A stretch of 63,466 nucleotides of DNA, the filler included, from Welwitschia mirabilis (taxonomy: Eukaryota), in the NCBI GenBank assembly GCA_051453625.1. It is 4 parts of one record of this genome, joined end to end, with 100 filler letters (N's around TTAATTAATTAA, not from the genome) between each part and the next. Parts side by side here need not be neighbours in the genome. Positions count along the whole stretch, not along the records: positions 1 to 30,442 come from JBOZIK010000001.1; 3 more parts are not named here. One strand, 5' to 3'. Below the pieces are notes generated by a model that was not told the DNA's origin, did not search any database, and worked only from the letters and a program-made list of their open reading frames with translations. The position numbers were made by a program, and so were the translations under genes. Below, piece after piece: positions 1 through 13,004 of this stretch (within the stretch, counting starts at the first letter, position 1; every line of letters begins with the position of its first letter).

Positions 1-42
<42 letters not shown>
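1..42. repeat. (AG)n microsatellite, truncated by window start
   Basis: Perfect AG dinucleotide run. Confidence 0.99.
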
Positions 43-44
<2 letters not shown>

Positions 45-79
45 TGAAAAAAGGTCATGATGTTTTATTTGTAATATTT

Positions 80-700
80 TAAAAACATGGTCACTATGAT
101 GTCCTACCGCAAGTACATCGGAGCAAATATTTCTAAGAGGAGCCTTTGGTAGTGTAATATGGTAGCTATGGAAACTCCACTATGAGCTCAGTTGGCCATG
201 CTTCATGGATCCTTACTTCTCTAATGATGGCTGCAATCTCCTCATCATAAATAATAAAGTTGTAATAAAAACTTTGAGGCTATGGAATCAGTGGTGTTTC
301 TGGTGTCATCAGAGGCATTGCTTATTTTCTAGACTCTTAGTCTACTCCACATGCTTATTCAATTTCTTGAGATTTAGGTGATTATTTTGAGATGATGATA
401 GGTGAGTTCATTTTTGAGTAATTATTTAGTCTGATCATTTATTATATTTTTAGCGTCATCATAACCACTACCTTATGGAATGAAATTTTTCATACATCAA
501 GTCATACATTTTGATATCAAGTGATGTTATGATATCTTTCATAGGAGTTTGCTAAGTTAAAGTATCAGATAGGGAAGCTATCTTTCACTTCTATTACCTT
601 ATGTTCATTCTTTTTGTTTTCTTTTATGGTTTAGTTAGTTATTTCAAAGTCATTACCCTATTTTTTTGATCATCATGTTTTTCTTATTTGGTATTCAATA
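80..700 (+). mobile_element. Athila-type gypsy 3' non-coding region fragment
   Basis: Colinear similarity to 40420-41000 inside element B: ACATGGTCACTATGATGTCCTACC vs ACATGGTTACCATGATGTCCTACC, and GGCATTGCTTATTTTCTAGACTC vs GGCATGGCTTATTTTTTAGACTC. Also similar to the reverse complement of ~31280-31425. End approximate. Confidence 0.7.
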
Positions 701-3700
701 CAAGTAGATTTCTTGCTTAGTTGAATTTTTCTTAATAAATTTTATTTTTGGTGTTGAAAGTGCTAATCTTACTCATTTTTATGATGAAATATTTTTATTT
801 ACTTGTCAAAATATTTCATATATTTATATTTTTCAAATCTGACATTACTCAGCTTTACACCTCATTTAGAAAGTTGTCCTCTTTTATCTGCCTTCTTACT
901 CCCATTTATTTTCTTTTCTCTATTTTCCAATATACGATGTATTGTTTTTCTTGGTTGTGAGGGGCAGAGACCCATTTTCATGGCTTATTTTCAAAAATGG
1001 GTCTCTGCATTAAATCAATATTATTTGGGACAAAATTCTAATCCTAAAATTCTCTTTTAGGCTAGCAATACTTCATGACAATTTTAAGGCTCATTGTAAA
1101 TGCAGTTTGTGTATTGATTTTTCTTTTCTACATTAATTTGCATTAGTAAAATTTAGCTAAGATATATTATAACTATTTAGTTTAAATAATATAATTATTA
1201 TTTTACTAATTATAATTATTACATAATTGGTCATAGAATCTTTCCCATGTTTGTTTAGCAAAATTTAAGTTTTTAAAATAGAGGCATAGGTTAAGAATAC
1301 TATAGCCTATTAAATAGTATGTATAAATTCATAAAATTGTTCTTAATTTTAGGATTATATTATCTATAAAAATTTAAGAACATTATTTTTTTATTCATAA
1401 TAATTTTTAGGGAAATTATTTTTGAAAATAAGTTAGACAATAAAGGTGAAAAATAATGAGCAATTAATTTCAATTTCTATAACTAACAGTTATACTATTT
1501 TAAATCTTGAGCATCATAGATTGCAGCGAATTATATAATATTTTTTAAGTGTATTAATTAACTTAAAAAATTAAAGTATTCTAAAAGTTATAATTATTTT
1601 AATAAAAAATGGTAAGATTGTAGTTTTGGAAAATTTAATAGTATTTAACCTTAAAATATGATCTTAAAAGTAATACTTTTAGAGATTCAAAATACTTTAA
1701 GTTAATTCTTGAGGATTTTATATAAGTCTAGTTTATAAAAAACTATTTTAATTTATTTTTCATAATTAGTTAGTTATTAATTTTTGATTACAATGTGTTT
1801 TTAAGTTCCTAATTATTTTATTATTAATATCTTAAATTATAAAAAAATTATTGAATAATATTATAGAGGTAAGTTAAGTATATAAGATAAGTTATCATTA
1901 ATAACTTTAAGTTTCATTATTTATGCATAATATTATGTTAGGAGAAGTACCTCTTTTAACTTTTTTCTTCTACCTTACTTTTAATATGCATGCTTATAAA
2001 GGTTTTAACATTAGTAATTTATTTAAGTATCTCAAATAATTCTTGATTTATCATTTATTTTCTTAACTTATGCTATAGCTATATGAATCTAAGCTAATGA
2101 ATTTTGTTTTAATAACAATTTTTGAATTATATTTCCTTTATTTATCTTCATTACATAACCATGGTAGATTGTAACATGAGTATGAAAGAATTCTTCTAAG
2201 ATTGATAGAGCTTCTAGTATGGATTAGTTTTCTTGAAGTATATGTTTAAGATGTGATTTAATACATTTGAATGTTTTGTTATTATTATTATAAATGTAAG
2301 AAAGAAATAAAGTTATTTCTTTTATTTAGATTTTCATTATTATGATCATGAATGTAAAGATATTATAATATGTTTTTTTCCCTTCTTTTTTTGGTATAAA
2401 TTTTTTAAAAATGAATTCAATAATAATTAGAATTATTAAAGTTAGAAAATAATCCATTAAATATCCACATTAGATAAAATTATATGTATGCATTTATGTG
2501 ATGTATTCTTCAAATAGGACTACATTAAGATAATCTTAACAATAATCATCCCCATACTTAAATTTCATCACTAAGATGGGTTGCATTACCTTTTTATTTT
2601 GTAATACTACCCTTTTAAAGATGGATTTGATCACTAGTCTCCTACTTTACCTATGTATAAACTTACTTTAGCTTAATATCCTAATCCCTTATTATGAAAG
2701 AATCATGTTTTACTATCTAAAGATGTTTCAAGGAAGTGGGATTCACTTGTGAGCATGCAAACACCTTACATACTGCTTATTACCTATATTAGGGGTTTAT
2801 CAAGATGAAGTATAAGCCTATGGAGCTAAGGCTAGTTATGTTTGTATAGTTTAAATGGCTAGATATCTAATTAGAGTGTCATTAATATGGATTAAAACCT
2901 CCTACTATGTTAGTCAAGTACCATCCTTAAACTTATCCATGTATGTTTTAGAACAAGTTTACATTTCCTCAACCATATATAAGATATCTTATTGTGTAAT
3001 TAAAAAGTAGGAAGAAATATAGGATATAAATGTATAACATCTCTATTATTTATAAACCATATAACTTACAAAATTATTTATGGAAAAATATATAATAGTT
3101 ATATGGCCTATTTTTTCCCAGAATAAAGGATAAGTAGATTTTAATCATAAGTCCCATTGTATCTATTATTTAATAATATTAAAGAAAAAAATAGTGCTTA
3201 ATTAAGATGAAAAACATTAGAATGTCATAGATTGCACTTTTCTCTTTGTCATCTATGTTAGCTATTGTAGTTAAGTCATAAGTTTCTTTTATGCAAAATA
3301 ATCATGCCATCTCACTCCCTTTCATTTAAGGCTTTCATCTTTCTAAATCTTATATTGTAATGATCTACATTATACTTTATAGCTTATAGTTAAAGACCAA
3401 TAGGATCGAGAACCCTAGACGAGGGGTGAATAGGTTCTTTAAAAATTTCAATATAATATTCTAAATGAATTCAATCTGAAATAATAACTTTCATACAAAA
3501 ATGAACTAATCTAGAATGTGCACAATAAGTGAAAATAATGAAAGCAAAGAAACAAAAAATAAAAGCACAAAAATAACAATTTAATATAAGCTGAATTTAT
3601 AGTGGTTCAGGAAACCCCGTACTCCACTCTCAACGATCAACTTATCCTCAAGTTAGATCTCAGATATTCATTACTCTACTAGGTATTCTAGGTTCACCTG

Positions 3701-3712
3701 TAACCTTTACAA

Positions 3713-3917
3713 ATAGATTTTTCAAGGCTTAATCTCAACCTTTAGAACAGACTTTTCAAGGCTTACTCTCAACCTTTAGAATAGAATTTTCAAGGCTTAG
3801 TCTCAACTTTTAGAACAAACTTTTTAAGGATTAATCTCAACTTTTATAAAAAAACCTTTTAAGGTTTAGTTTCAACCTTTAGAATATACTTTTCAAGGCT
3901 TAGTCTTAACTTTTCAC
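3713..3917. repeat. 34-bp tandem repeat, 6 copies, inside the Sirevirus LTR
   Basis: Unit ACAGACTTTTCAAGGCTTACTCTCAACCTTTAGA; copies start at 3713, 3747, 3781, 3815, 3849 and 3884. Confidence 0.95.
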
Positions 3918-4334
3918 AAAGTAATGTAGTGATGAAATGATGCCTTTAGAGCATGGATATCACTCGTTCTAAATTCAGTAAACTTGATGGAGCTCTCCTC
4001 CTGTAGAAGTAAAACAATTGAAGCTCTTGATCTATACTTGAATGTAGAAAGAATGCCAATAGTAGTTCTCTTCTGTCAGAAAATATGAATGCCAAGATAT
4101 AATAGTTGAAATCAACCAAATACAATCCTGATCCTTTAGATCCAATAGATTTTTTCAAATGAGAATAGTTCTAAAAGATTCTTTAGTCATCTATGTTTTG
4201 ACTATTTATAATGGAAGACTTTTAGGATTTATTACATTTGAAATGCACTTCCAATAGCTATAAATAGCTAGAAAATAGCTATCTAATAGGTATATAATGG
4301 ATACATAATGAATAGAAAATTTTAGTTCTGTTCC

Positions 4335-4945
4335 ATCTAGTTGACCCCTCAAAAGTCCAGTTGACCCCATCTAGTTCCATAAGTTACATAGGTCACCCAA
4401 GTAAAAATTTTGGTCACCCCAATTTCTTATGGCTTCATATTTGATTAACTCCATCTGGGTCTGGTTTACCCTAGTTTATTCACCCACAACATCATCTAGT
4501 CACTCACTTGTCCTGATAAAAATCTTTTTAGTTTCTAGCATCAAGTCTGATCACCCCCTTCAGATGTCTGATTAACCCCATTATGATCATCTTAAGAGCA
4601 TCAAATGTATAGTGCCAAGGTCTGATCAACCCCATCATAGGTCTAGTTGACTCATTAACAATCATTTTAGGAGTATTATTCCTTGGTTCACAGATCCAGT
4701 CAACCCCATCAAAGGTTTGATCGACCCCTTATTATTTAGTTTAAGGATACTATTTATCAAGTCCTTAAATCTAGATAACCCAATAAAGATCTAGTTTATC
4801 CCTTACCATTTAGTTTAGATACACTATTTCTCAAAGTTATAGGTTCAATTGATCACATTAGAAATTTGATCGATCCTTCTAGATTCAGTTCATTTTGTCT
4901 GTCTGCTTTAGATGTGGTTAACCACTTAAAAATCTGGTTAACCCC
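4335..4945. promoter_or_regulatory. Cluster of degenerate palindromic LTR motifs (inferred ancestor ~CCGGTCGACC)
   Basis: Many variants (CTAGTTGACCCC, CCAGTTGACCCC, CTGATCAACCCC, CCAGTCAACCCC, TTGATCGACCCC, CTGGTTAACCCC), often paired, consistent with Sirevirus repeated motifs after deamination. Confidence 0.75.
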
Positions 4946-5113
4946 TTAAGAGGATAAAAGAACTGGCAAGTTTATAGTGCTTAGAATTCGATGGTTTTGA
5001 TTTCATTTTTTGACCTATAAGTAATCAACATCTTCTACATAAGATACACAAAATTTCCTATACAAAAAACATTAGTTTGACAGCAATTAGAAAAACATAA
5101 TCTAACACTATTA

Positions 5114-5470
5114 ACTCAACTTGTAGTTGTGAATTCTAAAGTAAACGAAGATGATGCAAAAGCTATTTTATTAAGTAATATTCCATACATAAGCATATTA
5201 TCTTCACCTTAAAGAAGATTTCATGTTCCTTAGAAAGTGTAATTTTAACTCTCCTTGATAAAGCAAGGAAAATAAATTAAGATGAAGAAAGTAATGCCCT
5301 ATTTTCTAAAGGAAAGAAGTTTATAATAGGAAGGATGCCATAATTTGTTCTAATTGTAAAAGTAGAGGGCATAAAGCTATTAATTGTTAAGATTATGCTT
5401 AAGACTTATTAGATGAAAAACTAAAACAATCATCATTTATAATAGAAATTAATGAGAATGAGTCACAAAG
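5114..5470 (+). pseudogene. Ty1/copia gag fragment with CCHC zinc knuckle
   Basis: Translates TQLVVVNSKVNEDDAKAILLSNIP (UBN2-like) and CSNCKSRGHKAINC (C-x2-C-x4-H-x4-C, 5346-5387); stops and frameshifts present. Confidence 0.75.
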
Positions 5471-5513
5471 ATAAAAATGAAGATGTTGAAATAGAACTAG
5501 GTGGATTTTAATA

Positions 5514-5581
5514 AGCTTAGTTCTACCACAAGCTCAGTACTACCATGAGCTTAGTACTACCTTAAGCTCAATGCTACCATA
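5514..5581. repeat. 17-bp tandem repeat, 4 copies
   Basis: AGCTTAGTTCTACCACA / AGCTCAGTACTACCATG / AGCTTAGTACTACCTTA / AGCTCAATGCTACCATA. Confidence 0.92.
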
Positions 5582-5740
5582 ACCTAAATATTTTTTAAAG
5601 ATTAATGCCTCTTTATCTTAGTGCTTCTTTAGCTCAGTTATTTTGTATCTTAATTCTTTTTTATTTTATTAGCTTAATCCTTTTTCATTTGATTAATTTA
5701 ATTTTAGAGCCAAGGCTTTCACATCCTCTAGTATTAGCAT

Positions 5741-6017
5741 GAGGGAGGGGTTTGAAGGGTATATTTAGTTATTAAATAAATAGCATAGTGGAGATCCCCA
5801 TGTGCTATATTTAATTCTATTTATCTCAACTATTTTCTATTGTTTAAAAGATTAGATTCATTCTTTATGGATTGATCCTCTATTAATAGAATAAACTATT
5901 GTATATATGAGAATGAAGGATTAATAAGAAGGTGAACTTGAATTTTATTATTAATTAAATTTTTAAAGCTCCTTCTTCCCAATGCCTCTACATTTTATGG
6001 TCTTAAGGGTTTTAACA
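5741..6017 (+). mobile_element. Polypurine tract plus short putative 3' LTR
   Basis: GAGGGAGGGG (5741-5750), then TGAAGGG at 5753, ending TTTTAACA at 6017; follows the gag fragment. No partner LTR found. Confidence 0.5.
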
Positions 6018-6019
6018 CC

Positions 6020-7834
6020 CTATACCCATTATTAGAAAGAAATAAAAATATAAAAACACAAGGAAAAAGGACCAATTTGGGTATCACTAGAAATGGACTG
6101 GTACCCATGACTAAAAAATTAAAAACTTACTAAATAATTACAAGAAGAAAATCATGCACTCTTAAAAAAGAACCAGCTTCAGTATCACTAGAAATGAATT
6201 AGCATCCACAAGTGGAAGAATAAAAACTAACTAAAAATTAAAAGAAGAAAATCATGCATTCTTGAAAATGTACAGTGTTAATATCATTAGCAATAATTCC
6301 AAAATTGGTTTTGTGTATAGCAATTAACCAAATTTAACTAGATAGAACTGAGTATCATTCTTTCAGAGGGATATATGTGGTAACCTTATAAAAGATACAC
6401 AATTAATTCTACTTATAATAAAGAGGAAAATATAACAAAAACTAGAAATTTAAGAATTAAATGTGATCTTTGATTGATATCATAAAAGAACAAAGTACTC
6501 TAAAGGCTAATCAATTTGTCCTTTACTTCATCTTCACCCAATGATTCCTATATCTTAAAACATATTTAAAAAATATCAAGTCATTAAGGCTTGGTATAGA
6601 GGCATCATGTTATCCACCACATAAGTGTTGTAAGTTATTCAGTTCTCCTAATGCTTCATAGCCCTTCGTAATCATGGAAAGTATGAACTAAAGTGTACAA
6701 AATCCATTAAATAATAGCAACTATGAATTCACAAAAGTAACCTCAAATAATTCATTTGATATGAAAGAACTTGATAATTAAGTAATATCATTTAAATATT
6801 ACTAACACTTATTTTTATACATTAATAATGAAATAATAAGATCTACTTATGAACTAGCTTCACCTAAAAATTATTAAGTCCACATGCATGATTATTAATG
6901 ATCAAAGAATAAAATAAATTCTTGTATTAAAATTAAAAGGAATACATTACATCAAATGGAAAAAAATATTAAGATAAGAGACTTCTCAATTAACTTTGGA
7001 CATTTAACTCCTAAGAAAGATGATTAAAATACCATGAAGTTCTCATACTTAAAGTCTTCTCCACATTAAGCCAACTAAAAAGAGTTATTATAATGAAAGC
7101 TTAAGGGCTTTTTATAGATGAGGATAGGCTTGAAGAGCATTTTCAGGATTACATTAGGTGAGTGGTTAATGGTCTATTACATAAGGAAGATTACTTAAGG
7201 ATAGTTACTTAAGGAGGAAGTTATAATATTTGGCATGTAGCCACAAATAAAGACTCCTTATCTTCTTATTCAAACATGTTAATGACATGTCCTCTAATTG
7301 CTGATGGTTCCATTAGTGAATTTCATGTCATGTTTTTTTCACATGATCATCCTTGTTATTATCACATGTCACTATGATGTATCTTCTTATACTTCTGCTA
7401 TGTTTTGTCAAGTTTGAAAATTTATTCTATATTACTTGTCTTATAAGTTAATTATGATGAACTCCTCAAATTAATGCAGGGACATGAGTTTTGTTAAGTT
7501 TTCACTTAGAAGGCCAATGGAACCAATAGTCCTAACTAATGGTATGAGAATTATTTATTAGAAGTTTTTAAGTTTTTATCATGTTCTTCAAAAGCTAGAA
7601 ATAAACCTTCTAGTGTTAGGGAAAGCCCATAATTTGATGAAAACATGATAAAAATATAAAATGCATTGTTTTATGATAAATTAATGAATTAAATGTCTTT
7701 TCCTATGATAAGTTAAGAATTCAAAATTCTTAAGAAATATTATTTTATAAAATAATTTGCCATACTAAGAAATATTTATAGAAAAATGATTAACAATTCA
7801 ATTTAGATTGTGTTCACTTATGTCTTTGGTATCA
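6020..7834 (-). mobile_element. Athila-type 5' LTR, degenerate tRNA-Asp PBS and 5' UTR (truncated)
   Basis: ATCATTAGCAATAATTCCA (6283-6301) resembles a decayed reverse PBS ATCCCCGGCAACGGCGCCA. LTR ~6306-7834 is similar to 11659-13000 and 16833-17947; UTR is similar to 11420-11630 and 48580-48750. Confidence 0.7.
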
Positions 7835-8519
7835 TTCATGTGCTCTTTTTACCCATTCTATAGGCATTTTAATTATAATACTAATTATAAAAAGGTTTAA
7901 GCATTTAAAGGTAATGAGTGATAAATACTAAAAGGCCACTAACATAGTCAAAGTTTAAGTTGATGAATAGGTGAACCCATGGTTTTCTAATGTTACCATG
8001 TCATTGCTCTCCCTCATACATTACAATTGACTTCATCTACATCTTGAATACCTATCAAAAAATAGCAACACAAAAGTCTAGCTCCATCTTTACTTTTATT
8101 AGCTCCTTTTGAAATTGATGAAGCCATTTATGATATTATAGGAATGGGACACAAAACATATCATCTGAAATCTATAATAATAATGATAGGCTTGACACCA
8201 TGATAAGTAACAAAATCACATGAAACTCCATATGATGATAAGTTAAGAAAAGAAAGAGAGTGTTGCAGGAATAAGTTAGAAGATCCAATTCATTTAGATC
8301 AGAACTCTAAAAAAATGAAAGGCATGGAAAAAAGATTAAAAAGTAGAAATAATTCTTTAAATTCTATTATAGAAAAGTTTCAAAAGAGGATAAACACAAA
8401 AAGAGAAAAGGATAGCTCTTTAAAATAGAGAGATAACCTTAAAAGGGATATCTGTAATATAAAAGAAAGATAAAATTAGCTATCATCTCTATATCAAAGC
8501 TTAATTAAAAGAGGCTAGA

Positions 8520-8520
<1 letters not shown>

Positions 8521-8581
<61 letters not shown>

Positions 8582-8696
8582 ACACACCCACACACACACA
8601 CACACACACNNNNNNNNNNNNNNNNNNNNNNNNNNNNNNNNNNNNNNNNNNNNNNNNNNNNNNNNNNNNNNNNNNNNNNNNNNNNNNNNNNNNNGC

Positions 8697-8730
<34 letters not shown>
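8521..8730. repeat. Compound (CA)n/(AG)n microsatellite spanning an N gap
   Basis: CA run 8521-8609, N 8610-8694, AG run 8701-8730. Confidence 0.97.
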
Positions 8731-8734
<4 letters not shown>

Positions 8735-9690
8735 GGGGGAAGGGGGAAGAGAGAGAAAGAGAGAGAAAGAGATCTCAAAGAAAGTGTAAGGAAGAAAGTA
8801 TTAGAGAAATATGATAAATTCTAGTTGCAATAAAGCTATATAGGAGAAAATATAAAAAACATAAAAAAGTAGCTAAGATATAGAAATTAGCAAAGTTGGG
8901 ATAAAAACAAAAGAACACATCATATAGGATGCTATAAAAAAAGGAAACAAAAAAAGAAAAGAGGAGTTACTATGTAGACAAAAGGCCATATACAATGCAA
9001 TGGAAAAAAATCATAACAGAGTTTTTCTAGATTCCATGCTTTACTTTCTTTCTTATTTTTTTAATTAATCTCCTTCAATATCTTTAAAGATTGAAGATCA
9101 TTTAAATTCACCATTATTACTACCCCTATTAATAACCAAATCCCTTTTTCAAATTCTTGTGAATGAATTTATCTATTAATATCATGTAAAATACAAAGTG
9201 CTTATTTGTGATTTGTTTGTTTCAAATATGTTATCATATCATCTGTTTCCAAGACTTAAAATTAAATGATATACCACTTTCTTATAGAAATATTGATTGT
9301 TTGGTTAAATTCATTTAGAAAAAATAATGATATTAGTCTAAAGAAGAAGCGAATTATCATGAGACATCTTCATTTTTAGTAAATTTAGCATTTAAAAAAT
9401 TATCCCTCTGTAATAAAAAAAGGATTAAAATCAATTTTAAATATGTATTTTTCATGTCTACTATCATCTTTCAAATCCCGCTTTTACTTCTTTTGTAAGC
9501 TTACATCTCCAAAAAAATTTCTTTAGTCAATGTGTTTATCATGCATATGATTTTATTTAGGTTATCATTTAGGAAGTCTAACATTTAGCCCTATTATAAT
9601 AATATTCAAGAGGAACTGTAAGTAAAGTATAAAGTACAACAACACATTTAATTACTATTTTTTTCATGCTTACCACTTAAAAATTATTTC

Positions 9691-10001
<311 letters not shown>

Positions 10002-11129
10002 AAGATATCCTAATTTTTTCCATTACTTGGTACATTAATAACATTATCAAATTGAAACATAAATCATTGAAATTATTAATTTGTATATATTCATTATGTG
10101 TGTTTAAATAATTATCCTATAGTTCTCAAAAATAACCTCTTAAATTATGTTAACTAAGTTTAAAGTCATTTTGACTAATTAGTTATTGAAATGTTGATAT
10201 ATGGGGTCTAATTACATATTGTAAAATTTAGGTTATAAGAAATGTCATAACAAAAAGAATTTTGAAATGAACACATTATTTACAATAGATGAAGTTCTAA
10301 TGGATAGTGGTTTAAGGGTATAAATCTAAGCTTTAGCTCCCTAAGCAAGAATGCAAAAACAGGTGAATTAAATGGATATATAGTATTATTAAACTAAGGT
10401 GTAGTGGTTAACACACGATTAAATTTCTTTGTATGGAGGTAAAGGTCTTCTTATTCTATGCTATAAAAGTATGAAAGTAACTAACTAGTGGATGGCTTAA
10501 ACTATAGTTTATGTGTTATAGGTAATTAGATATGCATGATGGGATATCTTAGTATTGGAATTATAAGTAGTCTCTCAGGGTTTACTTAAGATTATTGGAT
10601 TAGTTATATGATGTGTTTTGACTAATGTTTTAGGTTATTTTCTAACTAAGGTAGTAGGCATGTAGATTTTTTTCTTAATTCTTCATCTAATTCGGTATGT
10701 TGTTATTATAGAAGAGACATCAAAAAGCAAACTAGACATTTGGATTTGGTTGGTATTGAGGAGATTATTCTTCTTAGGGTTATTTATGAAGTTAATTTTT
10801 AACAATGATCTTTGTTGTTTATTGTTGTCATTAGTACTAGCACCCATGTTTTTGTTGGAAGGTATTCTAAGGAGATAACCTAATTTATATTATATCCAAT
10901 GCATATAATTTCAAAAAAGTTTTAGAAGGGGCCTATAAGATAGAAAGTTTCTGAGGATTAATAGAGGTCTTGAATTAATTTCCAAAGGTTAGAACACTAA
11001 AAGGGATATAGTATCAGTCAAGAAAAGTGGTGGAACTATCTTGTCTAAGAGAGATGCTTTAGGAAAAAAATTTATAGATTTATAAGATTTAGACAAAATT
11101 TTTAGGCTATATGATTTAGTAAAAATGTA

Positions 11130-13000
11130 GTCAATAGCGAACTTGAAATAAACCCTAAGAAAAGTAAACCCTAAGTATATTTTTTTGTTTAGAAAATTTT
11201 AATAGAAAATACAAAAATAGAAACTAGAACTAAAATAAACATTTGAAAAAATAAAAAGAAAACAAAAGAAAAAGATGAGTTCTATATTATTTTTTTACTT
11301 TTTTTGATCCTTGTTTGGGTTACAACCTATAGAAAACTCATTGGAAATGCAATACAAGATATCTAATATGAAAAAAAAATTGAGTTAAAGTAGAAAGCTA
11401 TATAAAATTTTAAAGAGGACTAATTTGAGTATCACTAAAAATGTTCTAGTTACTACCACTAAAAAGAAAAGAAAATGAAAGAAACACTTAAGGGAAAAAG
11501 AAAAAGAAGGATTATTTTGGGTATCATTAAAAAGGGCTAGTACTAACCAATGGAAATGCTGAAAAACTTAAAAACTAAACTAAATATTTCAAGAAAGAAA
11601 AATTATGCTACTTGTAAGAAGATATCATATCATTATCCATATCAATAGTGTTAAAATTTATTCATTATTATACAATCAAAGTAAAATAGACTAGTGAAGT
11701 ATCTAGTATTATTCTTTCACAAGAATAATCAAGGTAAAACGTAATAGAAGTAATACAAAAAAATAAAACTTGAAATGAATTTAAATAAGGAAATGCTAAG
11801 AGTTGGGATTGTAATTTGTTAAAATTGGTTGATAAATTAGAAAAATGAGAAATCTCCAAATATTTAGCTTGAATTATTTAACAACATATCTTCACTTCAA
11901 TGGTATCCCATAGCTTCCTAAAACATAGCTCAAATTATCAAGTTGTGATGGCTCAGGTTATGATAACATAATCTCATTAATGACATGAGTGTTGATGAAT
12001 TTAATTGTTACTTTGATTTTTCATGACCCTTTTATAAGTATGAAAATTAAGGACTACTCTACTTAAAATCCATCAAATAAAGGTAACAACAACAAATAAC
12101 TTAACTTAAAGAATTCACATAGTTATCAATAGAACTTGATAATGTAGTTTCACTAAGTATTACAAGAATGAAGTTACTTGTAATTAAAAATAAAAAATGA
12201 ATAACTACCTTTTATTAAATTTGAAAAATACATTACATTGAAGAAAGAAGATGAGGCTTATACAAACTCCTTAAACTAGCCCTAGAATAAGTCTGCTTCC
12301 AAAGAAGATTCTTAGAAGGACATGTCAACTATGACTCTTTAAGGATTCTTACTACATTTTCCCATCAAAAGATCGCTTAAAATAAAGGCATAAGGCCCTT
12401 TGATAAGTTAGTATAAGGCAAAGATTATTAGAAGCTTTTGGCTTGTAGTGGTAGGTGAGTAGTTATGAAGATTATCACATAGCTTTAGGTAGAATCTTTA
12501 TCATCTTATATTAAGTTAAAATAATCATGATGAGTTTAAAACATGGCCTTTAAATCCTAATGTTTTTATTAATTGATAATATTATTATGTGCCTCTGACA
12601 TCCTCCCATGTAACACTGTCATATGTCACTACTACATGTCTTTTGCACCACTGCCACTTGTCATTGAAAATATCGTTTATTTTTTTTGTAATAATTGATC
12701 AAACCTATAAATTCATTTTATTTATTTGTTCATTATAGTTTCAAGACATAGCTTTTAAACTATTTCACTCCAAAGGACTAACGGCACCTGTATTTTTAGC
12801 TAAATGATCTTTAATTTTTAGCTTGTTCTTCAGAATGCAGTAACTAACTTGAAAATGTCATGGGAAAATTACGAGTTTAAAAATCATATTAAAAAGGATA
12901 TAACATATCATTTTATTATAAAAGTATTATTTTAATATCTTTACTTAAGATAAATTGATAAAATAAACTTAGTCTAAACATTACGTTTTGCATGTTAATA
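11130..13000 (-). mobile_element. Athila-type element E: 5' LTR (~11659-13000), decayed PBS (~11635-11653) and 5' UTR
   Basis: Same PBS/LTR-edge context (AAAATTTATTCAT) as 48771-48787. LTR start on minus, TATTAACATGCA, resembles TGTTTAACATGCA at 32611. Abuts the integrase C-terminus of the neighbouring pol. Confidence 0.7.
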
Positions 13001-13004
13001 GTGG

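Larger units (their letters stand above)
3391..5107 (-). mobile_element. Sirevirus-type (Ty1/copia) LTR, probably solo
   Basis: GAGGGGTGAATAGG near 3421 is the reverse of the Sirevirus LTR 3' TATTCACCCC motif. TTTATAGTGGTTCAGG...TACTCCAC near 3596. Cluster of palindromic repeated motifs. Right end TCTAACA (TGTTAGA on minus). Flanks ATAGT/CTATT match only 3/5, so no firm TSD. Confidence 0.8.

Noticed and set aside
748-1060. Short hydrophobic ORFs (also 15254-15708, 27000-28106, 40871-41089, 43169-43407)
   Set aside because: F/L/I/Y-rich chance ORFs from AT-rich TE non-coding DNA, with no domain motifs or splice support.
700-3390. AT-rich unassigned DNA (also 7840-8500 and 8780-11100)
   Set aside because: Probably further decayed TE sequence, but no motif was clear enough to call.
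3713-3917. 34-bp repeats as a CRISPR array
   Set aside because: Head-to-tail with no unique spacers, inside a plant LTR, and no cas genes. The same applies to the ~80-bp and 17-bp arrays.
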